A stretch of DNA of 64,000 bases from an uncultured Bacilli bacterium (GCA_944332265.1 CALVJQ010000003.1:9083-73082), one strand, 5' to 3'. Shown: positions 17,198 to 28,181, counted from the first letter of the stretch. Made by a program: numbers and translations. Notes: generated from the letters alone by a model not told the origin.

Positions 17198-17998
17198 TTA
17201 TTTTAGGGACATTTTCTTAGTATTTATTAAATTTTTTAAAGATTTATTAATATTATTTTTAAGTTCTTCTATTTCTTCTTCAGTAAAATCTATACAAGTA
17301 AAAAGATTTAAATCATTTACTAAGTCGTTAATAGTTATTTGCGGATTGTATCTGATTAAGTTTTTTACTAGGATCATTTGAAAGTAATCTGTTAGATAAG
17401 TATATAAACGATGAGGAAGATTTTTTGAAGATAAAGATTGGGCAATAGCATCAACAAAAATAGTCATTTCTTCTTTTTTAATACATAAATCTGGTAAGTC
17501 ATATTTTTTATGGAAAAGATCATATTCATAAAATAAACGATTAGTAGTTTCTTCTGGGTTAAAAATTGCCATAGGAATTGGTCCTTCTAAAATAGTAGTT
17601 TCGATTGGCTCTTTTACAATTTCAGTCTCTCTTAAATAATATGCACTTGGACTATTAATCTTTAATTTAGCTTGATAGAAAGATAATCGATAACGAATAT
17701 TTTTGATAGCTTTTACATCTTGATTTAATAAAGCTTCTTTCATTGCTTTACTAGCTTGATAATTAAAAATGGCATCTTTTACTTTTAAAGCTGCATATGA
17801 AGTTACCATTATAGCTCCCCCACCAATTAAAAAATAGGGATTATCAGTTAAGGCAGATGATACAGTACTAACAGCTAAAGCTGTCATATAGGCTGTAGCT
17901 TTAGCAAAGTTACGATTAGTATATTCTCTCATCATTTGACGTTGTTCCATTAATTCAGCAATAGTTATTTTAGAGTCTAAATCATTTATAAAATACAT
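17198..17998 (-). CDS. hypothetical protein (two central hydrophobic segments)
   Basis: 266 aa ORF with GGAAGGAG RBS. No motif recognised. Confidence 0.6.
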   Translation of the reverse strand: MYFINDLDSKITIAELMEQRQMMREYTNRNFAKATAYMTALAVSTVSSALTDNPYFLIGGGAIMVTSYAALKVKDAIFNYQASKAMKEALLNQDVKAIKNIRYRLSFYQAKLKINSPSAYYLRETEIVKEPIETTILEGPIPMAIFNPEETTNRLFYEYDLFHKKYDLPDLCIKKEEMTIFVDAIAQSLSSKNLPHRLYTYLTDYFQMILVKNLIRYNPQITINDLVNDLNLFTCIDFTEEEIEELKNNINKSLKNLINTKKMSLK

Positions 17999-18091
17999 AG
18001 TAATTCTCCTTCCTTTATTTAAGACATATTATCCCTAAGTAAGAATATAATTTATCACAATTAGTTAAAAAGCGCAAATATAGAAAAAGTA

Positions 18092-18838
18092 TTAACGATT
18101 GTTAATACTTTGTAGTTCTTTATTACGTGGTCTTATTAAGAAGAAATAAATAATAAAAGATATAGTAAGACCTAGTATTTCTAAAACAGGAATTACTGGT
18201 AATGGTTCTAACCAAGGATATAAATCTAAAACATTTGGAGGAAAATAATTAGTAAAAATATAATTAGTATTAAAGATTTTATTAAAAGGATAGACAATTA
18301 ATAATAAAATATTTAGAAGTATAAAGGTATGAAGATAATCTTTTTTAGTAACGTGATAATTATAAGCATAATAAGAGAATAAACTAATATTCATAAAGAA
18401 ATGATGGGAGATAATTAATTGCCAGAAATTAAAATTATCTATTGTAGAAACTAAATTAGGCCATAAGATAGCTGGTATTGGACCAATAAAGCTAATAAAA
18501 ATAGTTAGTTTTAGAATATTTTGTTTATTAAATAAAATAGCAAAGATAAACATGTAATTAGCAATAAAGCATAAATGAAAAGGAAGCATTTCACGATAAT
18601 CGAAAGAGCCATAATAAAGATTACCAAAAGTATAGATAATCATATTTATAAGTAGAATTATAGCACATGTTTTTAAAAATATTTGGGACTTTTTAATGGG
18701 TATTTTTGAAATACGATTACGATTTAAATAAATAATTATAAAGGCAATAATTGCTATTATAGTAAAAATATTATGGATTAAGCCAAATGGTTTAAAGAGA
18801 AAATGAGGATGCTCGTTAACAAAAAATTCACGTAACAT
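18092..18838 (-). CDS. YwaF/TIGR02206-like integral membrane protein
   Basis: Multi-TM protein with the LPFHLCF motif typical of that family. Likely start is ATG 18838 (AAAGGAAG RBS). Confidence 0.5.
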   Translation of the reverse strand: MLREFFVNEHPHFLFKPFGLIHNIFTIIAIIAFIIIYLNRNRISKIPIKKSQIFLKTCAIILLINMIIYTFGNLYYGSFDYREMLPFHLCFIANYMFIFAILFNKQNILKLTIFISFIGPIPAILWPNLVSTIDNFNFWQLIISHHFFMNISLFSYYAYNYHVTKKDYLHTFILLNILLLIVYPFNKIFNTNYIFTNYFPPNVLDLYPWLEPLPVIPVLEILGLTISFIIYFFLIRPRNKELQSINNR

Positions 18839-18871
18839 AGTTTTTCTTCCTTTCAAAGAAATAAGCAATAT

Positions 18872-19645
18872 TTAATTGCTTATTTCTTTATATAAACTAG
18901 ATATTTGTTCTTCTTTATTATCTTTTATAGATGATAGATATTTTTCAATCTCTTTTTTATCATCTTCTTTAAGACTTTGAAGGTAATTTAAAGTGGCTAT
19001 ACCTAAATTAGTAATATTATTTTGTTTATTAGTTAAACCACTTAAATATAAACTATAATAAGTAATTTTATCTATTATTTCATCATTTTTGTATGGTTCT
19101 TGATAATACATTTCAATATAGTCGATAGCTTTTCTTATTTGGTCTTTACTTATCATATTAGGATCGTTTAAATCTGATGTAACATCTTTAGTGTTAGAAG
19201 ATAATATTCTATCTAAAGTAACCATTGTATTATAGTTTATATATAATTCTTTAGTTAATTTATCTTCTTCTTCGGATATTTCTTTAAGATAGTTAGATAA
19301 TTGTTCTTTAGATTCTTTACTTTTAGTATTTATATATTCTTTAGTATAATCTACTAACTCTGATAGCTTTTTATCATTAGTTTTGTCAGTTAAGAATTCT
19401 AAATAAGTAACATTGTAAATTACTTTTTTTAAGATTTCTTGATCTTTAATATCTAAATAATTATTTTTGATTTCTTCAATACTATTTTTGATTTGTTTTT
19501 CTGTAATATTGCTTAAGTCTTTAGTATCTTTTATTACGATTTCTTTTTGTTCTTCGTAAATACTATCAAGATTTTGTATATTGTTAGATAAAATAGCAAT
19601 TAATAATATTAAAACTATTATTATAATAGGTATTACTTTTTTCAT
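18872..19645 (-). CDS. membrane-anchored/secreted K/E-rich protein with an internal ~100-aa duplication
   Basis: N-terminal hydrophobic anchor. Two collinear repeats (..QIKNSIEEIKNNY..EILKKVIYNVTYLEFLTDKTN.. and ..DQIRKAIDYIEMYY..EIIDKITYYSLYLSGLTNKQN..). TAGGAGG RBS. Confidence 0.6.
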   Translation of the reverse strand: MKKVIPIIIIVLILLIAILSNNIQNLDSIYEEQKEIVIKDTKDLSNITEKQIKNSIEEIKNNYLDIKDQEILKKVIYNVTYLEFLTDKTNDKKLSELVDYTKEYINTKSKESKEQLSNYLKEISEEEDKLTKELYINYNTMVTLDRILSSNTKDVTSDLNDPNMISKDQIRKAIDYIEMYYQEPYKNDEIIDKITYYSLYLSGLTNKQNNITNLGIATLNYLQSLKEDDKKEIEKYLSSIKDNKEEQISSLYKEISN

Positions 19646-19700
19646 ATATATATCCTCCTATCTTATTTTAGCATATAAAAAAAGATGAAACAATTCATCT

Positions 19701-20222
19701 TTAATTATTTTTAAATTGAAATAAGATACCCAAAGCAGCTAATACAAGGAAGATTATAAATAAAATTGTGCTATTTAAAGTAATTAAGGTAGGGATTGTT
19801 TTATTAATTAAATTAGCTCCTGCTAAGCTTGTAATAATGATAAGTATATGTTTTATGTAAGCAACTGATAGAGCTCCAACAACTAAAGATATACCAATTT
19901 GGATTAAGAAAGTTATATCATTATTTAAATGTAAAAGACTTATATATGGTGTTAATGTTTTGTAAACTAAATAAGCTACAGCTATAAATAAGGCTAGTTT
20001 TTCTAGTTTGAAACCAATAACAACTAAGACTAATCCAACTACTATACCAACAATTATTAAGCCTGTCGGATCAGTAAAGAAATGAGGAGCTATTAGATTA
20101 GATAATTCATAGCCGATGATAAACCAGACGATTGAGATAATGACTTTTTGGACACGATAACCAAAAAATAAAAATAAGATACCTAAAACTAAAGACACAA
20201 TTGTTTCTAATTCAATATTCAT
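19701..20222 (-). CDS. polytopic membrane protein, unknown function
   Basis: 173 aa, about 5 TM helices, AAAGGAAA RBS. Confidence 0.6.
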   Translation of the reverse strand: MNIELETIVSLVLGILFLFFGYRVQKVIISIVWFIIGYELSNLIAPHFFTDPTGLIIVGIVVGLVLVVIGFKLEKLALFIAVAYLVYKTLTPYISLLHLNNDITFLIQIGISLVVGALSVAYIKHILIIITSLAGANLINKTIPTLITLNSTILFIIFLVLAALGILFQFKNN

Positions 20223-20290
20223 AATATTTTCCTTTCTATTTTATTATAATAAGTATATCAAATTTATAATGTTTTAAAAAGTATATAAGA

Positions 20291-22042
20291 TTATTTTAAG
20301 ACACCATTATACATGTCTTGAAAGATTCCTGGGGTATTAATTAATTCTTGGTATTTACCTTGTTCAACTATTTTTCCTTTATCTAAGACTAATATATTAT
20401 CACAATTTTCTAAAGTTGATAATCGATGAGCTATAGATAAAATAGTAATGTTATTTTCTTTTTGGAGTCTTTCAATAGCTTTTTCTATATGTTTTTCTGT
20501 TGTATTATCTAATGCACTAGTTGCTTCATCAAGAATTAAGATAGATGGTTTTCTTAAGAAGATTCTAGCAATAGCAATTCTTTGACGTTGACCACCAGAT
20601 AAATTGCTACCACCTTCTTGAACTATTGTTTCGTATTTATCTGGTAAAGATTCTATATAATCATCAATAAAGGCTTTTTGACAAGCTTCTTTTATTTCTT
20701 CTTCAGTTACTTCGCGATTTATCCCATAACAAACATTTTCTTTTATAGTAGCTGATATTAAAAATGGTGATTGAGGGACTAATGCAATTTTATCTGCGAT
20801 ATCTTCTCTAGTTAGTTTATTGATGTCTATACCATCTATTTTAATGTTACCTTCCCCTTTTTCTAATTTACTTATTACTTTAATAAGTGATGATTTGCCA
20901 CAACCAGAAGGACCAGCTATACCAATAAATTCACCTTTATTAATATTTAAATCTAATTCTTTGATTATATATTTAGAAGAATTTTTATATTTAAAATTTA
21001 GTTTATTAATAGATATCATTGGTAGTTTAGAATTACGTACTTTTTGATGATTAATAATTTCGTATGAGAAATCTTTAGGAAGATTAATAATTTTAAAGTA
21101 TTCTTCAGCTAAAACAGTTGATTCAGATAATTCATCAAAGATACGATGTAATTCTCTTAGAGGGGTGGTTAATTGTGTAAAGGATAAATAAGCTGTTAGA
21201 ACAGTACCTACACTAATTATTTTTTCACCTGCTAGATAAGCGGAAACACCAATTACTAAGACAGTAAATACGGCTTCATTAATAAATTTTAAACAATCAT
21301 ATAAAGCCATGGCTTTATGATGTTTCATTTCTTTTTTACGAAGATATTCTGAAGTATTATCAAAACGATTAGTTTCATTTTCAGCATTATTAACAATACG
21401 AATTACTTCTATTCCATTAATTAATTCAACGATTGTTCCATCCATATTTGATTTTTCGTTCATTAGTTCAACTCTTATACCACGTTGAGTTGTAATTTGA
21501 CGAAAAACAATTATAATTCCAATAGGTATAACTAGGAGCATTAATAAAGCTAGTGTTATAGGCAATTTAGTAAAGATAACTACAATTGCTGCAAGGCCAT
21601 TAAAGATAGCAGGTGCAAAGTCCATAAACATTAATTTTAATAGTTTAGTAGTACCTTCTAAACTACGATTTAATTTTCCATGAATATTACCTGTCATATT
21701 TTCTTTAAAGTAGTCTAAGGGAGCATGTAATAAAGAAGATATTGCTTTAGTACGAGCTGTTTTTTCAAAACGAGTTGAAGTATCTTCAACTAATAGTCTT
21801 CGTATTACTTTAATTATTTCATTAGTAATAGTAATAATTAAAATAAAACCAAGAAATGGTAAGACATTAAGAAATGATAATTCTTCACTACTTAAAACAT
21901 CATCAGTTAAACTACCAATAGATAAAGGTAATAATTGAGTTAGTAAGGCAGATATGATCATGATTACAATGATAAGTAGAAAGTTTAGTTTTTGTCTTTT
22001 AGTTAACATATGAAATATTTTAGAGTATATCTTATTTTTCAT
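20291..22042 (-). CDS. ABC exporter, fused permease/ATPase (MsbA/LmrA-type half transporter)
   Basis: 6-TM N-terminal domain. Walker A GPSGCGKSS, signature LSGGQRQR, Walker B ILILDEATS, H-loop SIAHR. Confidence 0.93.
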   Translation of the reverse strand: MKNKIYSKIFHMLTKRQKLNFLLIIVIMIISALLTQLLPLSIGSLTDDVLSSEELSFLNVLPFLGFILIITITNEIIKVIRRLLVEDTSTRFEKTARTKAISSLLHAPLDYFKENMTGNIHGKLNRSLEGTTKLLKLMFMDFAPAIFNGLAAIVVIFTKLPITLALLMLLVIPIGIIIVFRQITTQRGIRVELMNEKSNMDGTIVELINGIEVIRIVNNAENETNRFDNTSEYLRKKEMKHHKAMALYDCLKFINEAVFTVLVIGVSAYLAGEKIISVGTVLTAYLSFTQLTTPLRELHRIFDELSESTVLAEEYFKIINLPKDFSYEIINHQKVRNSKLPMISINKLNFKYKNSSKYIIKELDLNINKGEFIGIAGPSGCGKSSLIKVISKLEKGEGNIKIDGIDINKLTREDIADKIALVPQSPFLISATIKENVCYGINREVTEEEIKEACQKAFIDDYIESLPDKYETIVQEGGSNLSGGQRQRIAIARIFLRKPSILILDEATSALDNTTEKHIEKAIERLQKENNITILSIAHRLSTLENCDNILVLDKGKIVEQGKYQELINTPGIFQDMYNGVLK

Positions 22043-22118
22043 TTATATAATCCCCCTTTTTTATGCTTTTTTTATATCATAAATGAAGATGTTTGTAAAA
22101 TTTCAATAAAAAAAGGTA

Positions 22119-22961
22119 TTATATAATTACTTGGATAATAATACCTACGATTGTACCTATACTATACAGGATGCCTAATATTTTTAAATTTTCTTTTATA
22201 TTTTTATTTGATTTAAATAAAACTAAGATAGCTACTCCACTACTAGTTAGAAGTCCAGCAATAGCAGCTCCTAAGCTGATTGCTTCTTTTAAATATAATT
22301 CTGTAAGCATTATACTAGACCCACAAGTTGGGATAAAACCAATTAAACTAGTAATAAATGGAGCTAGGATACTATCTTTTAAGAATATTTTAGATAAGAT
22401 AGGACTACCAACATATGTAAATAAAATATTAATAATAAAGGTAATTAAAAGAAGATATAATAAAGTTTTTAAAGTATGGATGATACTTGATATTATAAGA
22501 CCATGTTTGTGGTTACAACCACAATGGTCTTCATCACAAATAGCATAATCAACTTGGTTACGTTCTTTTTTAGAACGAAATAATAAATCAATTAGATAAC
22601 CAGATATTAAACCGACAGTGAATTTAATACCAAGGATTAAAATAATTGTTTTTAAAGGGGTGTTTTGGGATAGTAAAATAGGAAGCATCTCATCACTGGT
22701 TGATAAATAAATAGCAATTAAAGTTCCTAAAGATATAATGCGTGTAATATAAAGATTAGTGGCTATAACACTAAAACCACATTGGGGAAAAAGGCCTAAT
22801 AAACTACCAACAGCAGGAGCAAATTTACCAGAAGCACTAATAGCTTTTTTTGATTTTTTACTTAATTTATGCTCGATAGTTTCAATAATCAAAAAAGCAA
22901 TAAAAAGAAAGGGAATTAATTTTAAGCCGTCAATTAAAGTATCTAAAATAATATCTATCAT
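22119..22961 (-). CDS. ArsP_2 / DUF2899-like 10-TM putative metal ion permease
   Basis: MIDIILDTLIDGLKLIPFLF...HK...GLFPQCGFS and a central CDEDHCGC Cys/His cluster. Start ATG 22961 behind AAGGAGAA. Confidence 0.5.
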   Translation of the reverse strand: MIDIILDTLIDGLKLIPFLFIAFLIIETIEHKLSKKSKKAISASGKFAPAVGSLLGLFPQCGFSVIATNLYITRIISLGTLIAIYLSTSDEMLPILLSQNTPLKTIILILGIKFTVGLISGYLIDLLFRSKKERNQVDYAICDEDHCGCNHKHGLIISSIIHTLKTLLYLLLITFIINILFTYVGSPILSKIFLKDSILAPFITSLIGFIPTCGSSIMLTELYLKEAISLGAAIAGLLTSSGVAILVLFKSNKNIKENLKILGILYSIGTIVGIIIQVII

Positions 22962-23019
22962 ATAATTTTCTCCTTTTTTCTCATTCATTTTATATTAAGA
23001 AAGAATTTTAGTCAAGCAA

Positions 23020-23049
23020 ATATAAAAAGCATCAAGTTGTGATGCTTTT
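23020..23049 (-). terminator. rho-independent (bidirectional-looking) terminator after the DUF1113 gene
   Basis: AAAAGCATCA-AGTTG-TGATGCTTTT hairpin with flanking A-run and T-run. Confidence 0.65.
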
Positions 23050-23687
23050 TATTTTTTATTCCAACGATTGTTAAACATATTATTTAAATAATTAACACCA
23101 AAATATTTATCAATTATTTCTTCAGTCTTATTTGAAGGTGGAATTCCTTTTTCATATTCTTGACCACGGTATATTGCACCGAAAGTTAGAATAACATCAA
23201 ATAATAAAAAGATAAGGGTTATTTTCATTATTTTAATACTTTCTTTATGATTAAATTTGTTTATTATCTTTTCTAAGAAAGGATAAATTATTTTTAACCA
23301 AAAGATTCCAATTACGCCCCAGAAAATAGAATATGTTAAGCAAATTCGACCATTAATATTAAAAGGTTTACTACGATAACTCCAAGCAACGAAACCAAAT
23401 AATAATTCCATTAAATAACTCATACTATATTCTAATAGAGAGCCAACTATAAAGGAGATAACAAAGATCTCTAAGTATGAACTATTTTTTAGACGATATA
23501 AGAAAATAGTAAGGATAACAGCACCTATACCATATATTACATTAAATGGTCCAATTACAAGAGCTGAATGGTTTATTAGGATCCCTTTTTTTAAAAGGGT
23601 CCATATTCCTTCAATAAACCAACCAGTAAAACAACCAAAGATAAAGATATAGAATAAATTATGAAAGGATATTTTTTCTTTTTTCAT
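23049..23687 (-). CDS. DUF1113 / 'putative ABC-transporter type IV' family membrane protein
   Basis: 212 aa, multi-TM. N-terminal FIFGCFTGWFIEGIW pattern as I recall for PF06541. Confidence 0.45.
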   Translation of the reverse strand: MKKEKISFHNLFYIFIFGCFTGWFIEGIWTLLKKGILINHSALVIGPFNVIYGIGAVILTIFLYRLKNSSYLEIFVISFIVGSLLEYSMSYLMELLFGFVAWSYRSKPFNINGRICLTYSIFWGVIGIFWLKIIYPFLEKIINKFNHKESIKIMKITLIFLLFDVILTFGAIYRGQEYEKGIPPSNKTEEIIDKYFGVNYLNNMFNNRWNKK

Positions 23688-23742
23688 AGTACTTCCCCAC
23701 TAATTTAATTATATCATTTATCTATATAGGGAGCAAATTTAA

Positions 23743-26700
23743 CTAGTTATTAATTATCTCTTGGCGTTTTTTTATTATATCTTTTATTTCTTTAAGGTTA
23801 ATAGGACATTTTATATTTTTAGATATATTTTGGTATTTTTGATATTCATTAGTTAATGTTTCTATAATAAAGTTTAATTCAGCATTAGAATTACTTACTT
23901 CTATTTTTTTAGTAATTAAATCTATTATTTTATTTAGATTAAATTTATTAGTTAGTTTTTCATTATATAATGAATAAGCACTATAATTATTTAAAATTTT
24001 AGTTATTAAAGAAGGTAAGATTGTCATATCATGAGTACGTTCATATTTATTTGTTAGTTGTTTTATCTTACGTAATTCATTATCAACTATTTTTGAAAAA
24101 TCAATGGCAATAATTGGTAAGCCTTCTTTATTACGTTTTGTTTTAAATTCTTCGCTAGCACGAGATATATTTTCTAAATATGTATTATTATCTAATTTAG
24201 TTTTATCAACTAAGATATAATCTGGTTCTAAATAAGGAAGATTAGAATTATTATAATTAGGACGAATTGCATAACGAGATATTATTAATGTATTAGTGAT
24301 ATCACGACTATTATCAATTAATTCTCTTGGTGTCATATATTGTTCATCATAAGTGTTTTCTTCATTTAATAAATGATTCGACATTTTAATTAGACCTTCG
24401 TCTAATAAGCCATTAAAACCAAAGATGAAGTCATTAAGCATTATTAAATGATCATTAGATATTAAATTAGTTGATATTCCATTAGGCAATTTATCTAGTG
24501 TATTATGCCAAGCAGTTAAATAACTATTTGTTTTTTGATATTCTTTTTGATAATCAACATCACTAATTAAGAAAAGGAAATCATTTGGGCAATCAAATAT
24601 TTTTATTTCTTTACCATAAATTACTTTAGTAAAAGGATTATTAGAATAAGTCTTGCTTCTTATTTCATAATTAAAGATTTTACCATACATTTTTTTAATA
24701 TTATTTTCTATTATAAATGAATCATGCATACTATATGTTTTGTATTTAGAATCCATATTCATTAATGATTCTTCATCAGTATTATATATTTTATTTAAAT
24801 TATCTAAGTAAGTATATTCTTCTTGATATATTTCACTATCTATACGATTTATACTATATATTTTTAACATTATTTTAGTTTCTTCTAAAGATAATTTAAA
24901 ATGTTTAGCTATAAAATATTCTTTAATATGAGAGATGTTTTTCTTATTAGACATTTGGTTAGTTAAATAATTTTCAGTATTATAAGAATAATTAGCAATT
25001 TCATTATATGATACTGGTGTATTTATGTAGATTGGTCTTTTTACTAAAGTATTATTTTTAGTAGTATAACGAGGGATTAAATATAATAGATATTCTATTA
25101 AAGCATGAACGTTTTCTTTAGAAAAGATATTTTCTTCAATTACACTCATAATACGAGGAATATTACCTATTTTTTTACGATTAATTCCATTTGCTGAATC
25201 ATCTATAAGTTTTAAACATTCATATAAAGTAGAATCAAGAGATAAGTTTGATTCTGTATAACAAAGAGTATTAATAAAATCTGGGAAAATTGGGAATTTT
25301 TGATTAATACTTAGAAGACATTCTTGGATTTTAGGATATTTAGTAATTTTATCTAGGAAAGATAATTTGATATTTTTAGTGTCTTTATTAATAAAGTTTA
25401 AGTTTAAAGTATTTAGAAGATTACGATTATTATTTAATAGACTTTTATATACTTTAAATAATTCTTCATCATTATATATTTGTTTCATTAAATCATGAGA
25501 ACATAAAAGACTTCTTTCTAAAGCATTTAAATGTGGTAAAACAGAAGAAATAAATTCTTTAGTTAATAAAGATATATTATCATTTTTAGATATTATAGTA
25601 AATAATTTAGGATTTTTGTGTAAAAGATTAATAAAATCAATATAATAGTTTTTATCTTTTAGAATTTTTATTAAAACTTCTTTATCTTTTAATACTCGTT
25701 CAGTAATTATATAATCTGCATTATCTAAAATAGATATTATTTTAGAAGGAGTAACTGAGACGATTTCTTCTGGATGATTTAGATAGTAACTTATCATATA
25801 TTCATCTAGATTATAATCATTACTTGTAATTAATTTTTGACGAAGTGAATTAATTAAATATAAGTCTTTACGATAACTTAAAGGAAGATTATTAATAATA
25901 TTTATAAGATTATTAACGTTTTGATATTTAAGGGAGTTTTTAATAAATCTTACTTTTTCTTCATTATCAAAGTGACCTATTTTAAAGATTTCATTTAAAT
26001 TAGATAAATCTGAAGTATTAAGGATTTTCGTACATAGTTCTTTATTAGTAAGAAGAATTTTTTTATAAGTTTTATTATCAATAGCTAGAAGTTTTATAAT
26101 TACTTTGTCACTTAAAGATGTTAGATGATTGCTAATTAAATCGAAATAATATCTAGATGGGAGATGTTTTATAAAAAATTCATAATCGAAGTCAATATTA
26201 TTTGTTAAATTTGAAATTAATTTTTTATAATAATATTCATTTTTATCTAAGATAGTAGTTATATCTTTTTTATTTAGATGTTCTAATAATTCAAAATTTC
26301 TTTTACTGAATAAATCTTTAGAAGTAATAAGCATTTCACTTATAAATTGGTTAGGCAATTTATTTAGAATATTAAAGTTTTCACAATTATATAATAATTC
26401 TTTAAGATGAGGAATAGTACATAATTTATATTGTAATTCTGGTTTTACATCTTTTACTAAATGAAGAAGAACTTGATCACGAGAATCATTTTTTAAAATA
26501 TCATCTAAGGTTTTTTGATCTAGAAAGGCAAAGATATGATTAGTTAAATAGTATTGATCATCTAATTTACTTAAGTACATTTTTAAAAATGAAGAGTCTT
26601 GAATCAAGAAGGTTAAATCTTTAAAATTTTCTGTAAATTCATTAATAGTTTTTATATCATAGATTGATAATTGATTTAAATCGTTTAATAATAAATTTTT

Positions 26701-27204
26701 AGTTTCTTCTTTTAGAGTGTTAAAGCTTAAACCATTAGTTATTAAGTAATTATCGATATCTATATCTTTACGTAATAGTTTTATTTCTTCTTTAGTTAAA
26801 TCTGCTAAAATATCTTGAGCATTTAAAATATTATCACCATTTAAAAGACTGTTTTTTATTTTTTTAGACTTAGTAATTAGAGTTTTACGTGGCTTTTTTA
26901 AATTACTCGTTAAAGAAGGCAACATTGAGCCATCAATATCAGTTGTGTCTAATAATTTAATAAAATTAGGATCATTTATTAATGTATCTAGAATTGCTGT
27001 TTGTTCTAGTTTATTACTCAAGTACATATAAAGATATAGAAATTTTTTTTCTTCATTAGCAGGTAAAAAAGAAAATTGTTTATTAGCAATTCGTTCATTA
27101 ATTTCAGTAAGAAGATTAATAGTTTTTTCTTTATTATTACGATTTTCTTCTAGTTTATTAAAAAGTTCATCTATTTTTTGCTCTTTTAAATTATCTTGTA
27201 TCAT
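23743..27204 (-). CDS. large (1153 aa) soluble orphan protein, helical-repeat-like N-terminal ~800 aa plus C-terminal globular region
   Basis: Uninterrupted ORF. ATG 27204 sits 8 nt after GGGAG; the track start 27210 is a GTG only 2 nt from the RBS. Extended -10 TGATATAAT upstream. No TM helix, P-loop or catalytic motif recognised. Confidence 0.7.
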   Translation of the reverse strand: MIQDNLKEQKIDELFNKLEENRNNKEKTINLLTEINERIANKQFSFLPANEEKKFLYLYMYLSNKLEQTAILDTLINDPNFIKLLDTTDIDGSMLPSLTSNLKKPRKTLITKSKKIKNSLLNGDNILNAQDILADLTKEEIKLLRKDIDIDNYLITNGLSFNTLKEETKNLLLNDLNQLSIYDIKTINEFTENFKDLTFLIQDSSFLKMYLSKLDDQYYLTNHIFAFLDQKTLDDILKNDSRDQVLLHLVKDVKPELQYKLCTIPHLKELLYNCENFNILNKLPNQFISEMLITSKDLFSKRNFELLEHLNKKDITTILDKNEYYYKKLISNLTNNIDFDYEFFIKHLPSRYYFDLISNHLTSLSDKVIIKLLAIDNKTYKKILLTNKELCTKILNTSDLSNLNEIFKIGHFDNEEKVRFIKNSLKYQNVNNLINIINNLPLSYRKDLYLINSLRQKLITSNDYNLDEYMISYYLNHPEEIVSVTPSKIISILDNADYIITERVLKDKEVLIKILKDKNYYIDFINLLHKNPKLFTIISKNDNISLLTKEFISSVLPHLNALERSLLCSHDLMKQIYNDEELFKVYKSLLNNNRNLLNTLNLNFINKDTKNIKLSFLDKITKYPKIQECLLSINQKFPIFPDFINTLCYTESNLSLDSTLYECLKLIDDSANGINRKKIGNIPRIMSVIEENIFSKENVHALIEYLLYLIPRYTTKNNTLVKRPIYINTPVSYNEIANYSYNTENYLTNQMSNKKNISHIKEYFIAKHFKLSLEETKIMLKIYSINRIDSEIYQEEYTYLDNLNKIYNTDEESLMNMDSKYKTYSMHDSFIIENNIKKMYGKIFNYEIRSKTYSNNPFTKVIYGKEIKIFDCPNDFLFLISDVDYQKEYQKTNSYLTAWHNTLDKLPNGISTNLISNDHLIMLNDFIFGFNGLLDEGLIKMSNHLLNEENTYDEQYMTPRELIDNSRDITNTLIISRYAIRPNYNNSNLPYLEPDYILVDKTKLDNNTYLENISRASEEFKTKRNKEGLPIIAIDFSKIVDNELRKIKQLTNKYERTHDMTILPSLITKILNNYSAYSLYNEKLTNKFNLNKIIDLITKKIEVSNSNAELNFIIETLTNEYQKYQNISKNIKCPINLKEIKDIIKKRQEIINN

Positions 27205-27248
27205 ATGCACAACTCCCTATTCTTTTATAATTATATCATAAAATAGAT

Positions 27249-27272
27249 AAAAAAAAAGGAATTTTATTCCTT
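27249..27272 (-). terminator. rho-independent terminator after the MYG1-like gene
   Basis: AGGAAT-TTT-ATTCCT hairpin overlapping the stop codon, followed on the minus strand by a 9-T run. Confidence 0.6.
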
Positions 27273-28181
27273 ATTATTTATTGCTTGTTTAGCTAGTTTT
27301 ATAGCATCTTCTAAAGTTTCGGTTGAAGCTAAGAAACCACTAGCATGAACAAATTTAGCAGTTTTAATTCCTGATATTTCAGCTAGTTCTTGGTCATGTA
27401 AACCACGATATATTAAAGGAAAGTTTATTAGTAATTCTTTTGAGTCTTTAGAAATAGTAATAGGTTTAATGTTGTAGCCTCCCCTATTTGATGGTAAAAT
27501 GATTACTTTTATTTCTTTAGCTTTAGGATTTTTTGAAGTAAAGATACAATCGTTGTATGGCATATATTTATCTAAAATTAAGATATTATCTTTAACTTCT
27601 GATATTTTTTCTTCTACTATTATATTAGCTTTAATTGTTGAATTTAATTTATGAACGATGTTATCGAATATTTGTTCAGCGATATTTAAAGCACGAAGAA
27701 AATTAATATCTGTATCTACTTCTTCATCCCATGTTGGGTTATAAGAATCAATTATTTGATCTAAGTCAAGTAGTTCATATTCAGCTTTTATTTCGGGAAA
27801 TAAGCCATTATCGATGCCATCAATTTGTTTTATTAATTTTTCTTCAATTGCATGAAATAGTTTTTGAGCGTCTGGAGTATTTATATTTTTTTGTATATAT
27901 TCTAAACCATATTCTTCCCATAGAAGACCGAAAGAGCAATATTTAATCTTAGAATTAGGACGATATTTGGCATCCTTGGTATGATGGTCAAAGCGACCGA
28001 AACCAACATCATAAATAATCGCATTAGGATTGTTTATATGACCTACTGGAGCACGATATAATATAGGATTTTCAACTATTTTAGACATTAGGACGGTTGA
28101 GAAAACATCATCAGGATGAAATTTATTATCATGAGTTATTAAATTGGCTTCATTAATATTTTTAGTTATTTTTATTGTCAT
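27264..28181 (-). CDS. MYG1 / UPF0160 family metal-dependent hydrolase (DHH-like)
   Basis: THDNKFHPDDVFS and YDVGFGRFDHH motifs characteristic of UPF0160/MYG1. 4-nt overlap with the upstream gene. Confidence 0.85.
   Translation of the reverse strand: MTIKITKNINEANLITHDNKFHPDDVFSTVLMSKIVENPILYRAPVGHINNPNAIIYDVGFGRFDHHTKDAKYRPNSKIKYCSFGLLWEEYGLEYIQKNINTPDAQKLFHAIEEKLIKQIDGIDNGLFPEIKAEYELLDLDQIIDSYNPTWDEEVDTDINFLRALNIAEQIFDNIVHKLNSTIKANIIVEEKISEVKDNILILDKYMPYNDCIFTSKNPKAKEIKVIILPSNRGGYNIKPITISKDSKELLINFPLIYRGLHDQELAEISGIKTAKFVHASGFLASTETLEDAIKLAKQAINNKE

Noticed and set aside
20291-22042. ABC exporter considered as a bacteriocin/RiPP exporter
   Set aside because: It has no N-terminal C39 peptidase domain, and there is no precursor-peptide-like small ORF or modification enzyme next to it.
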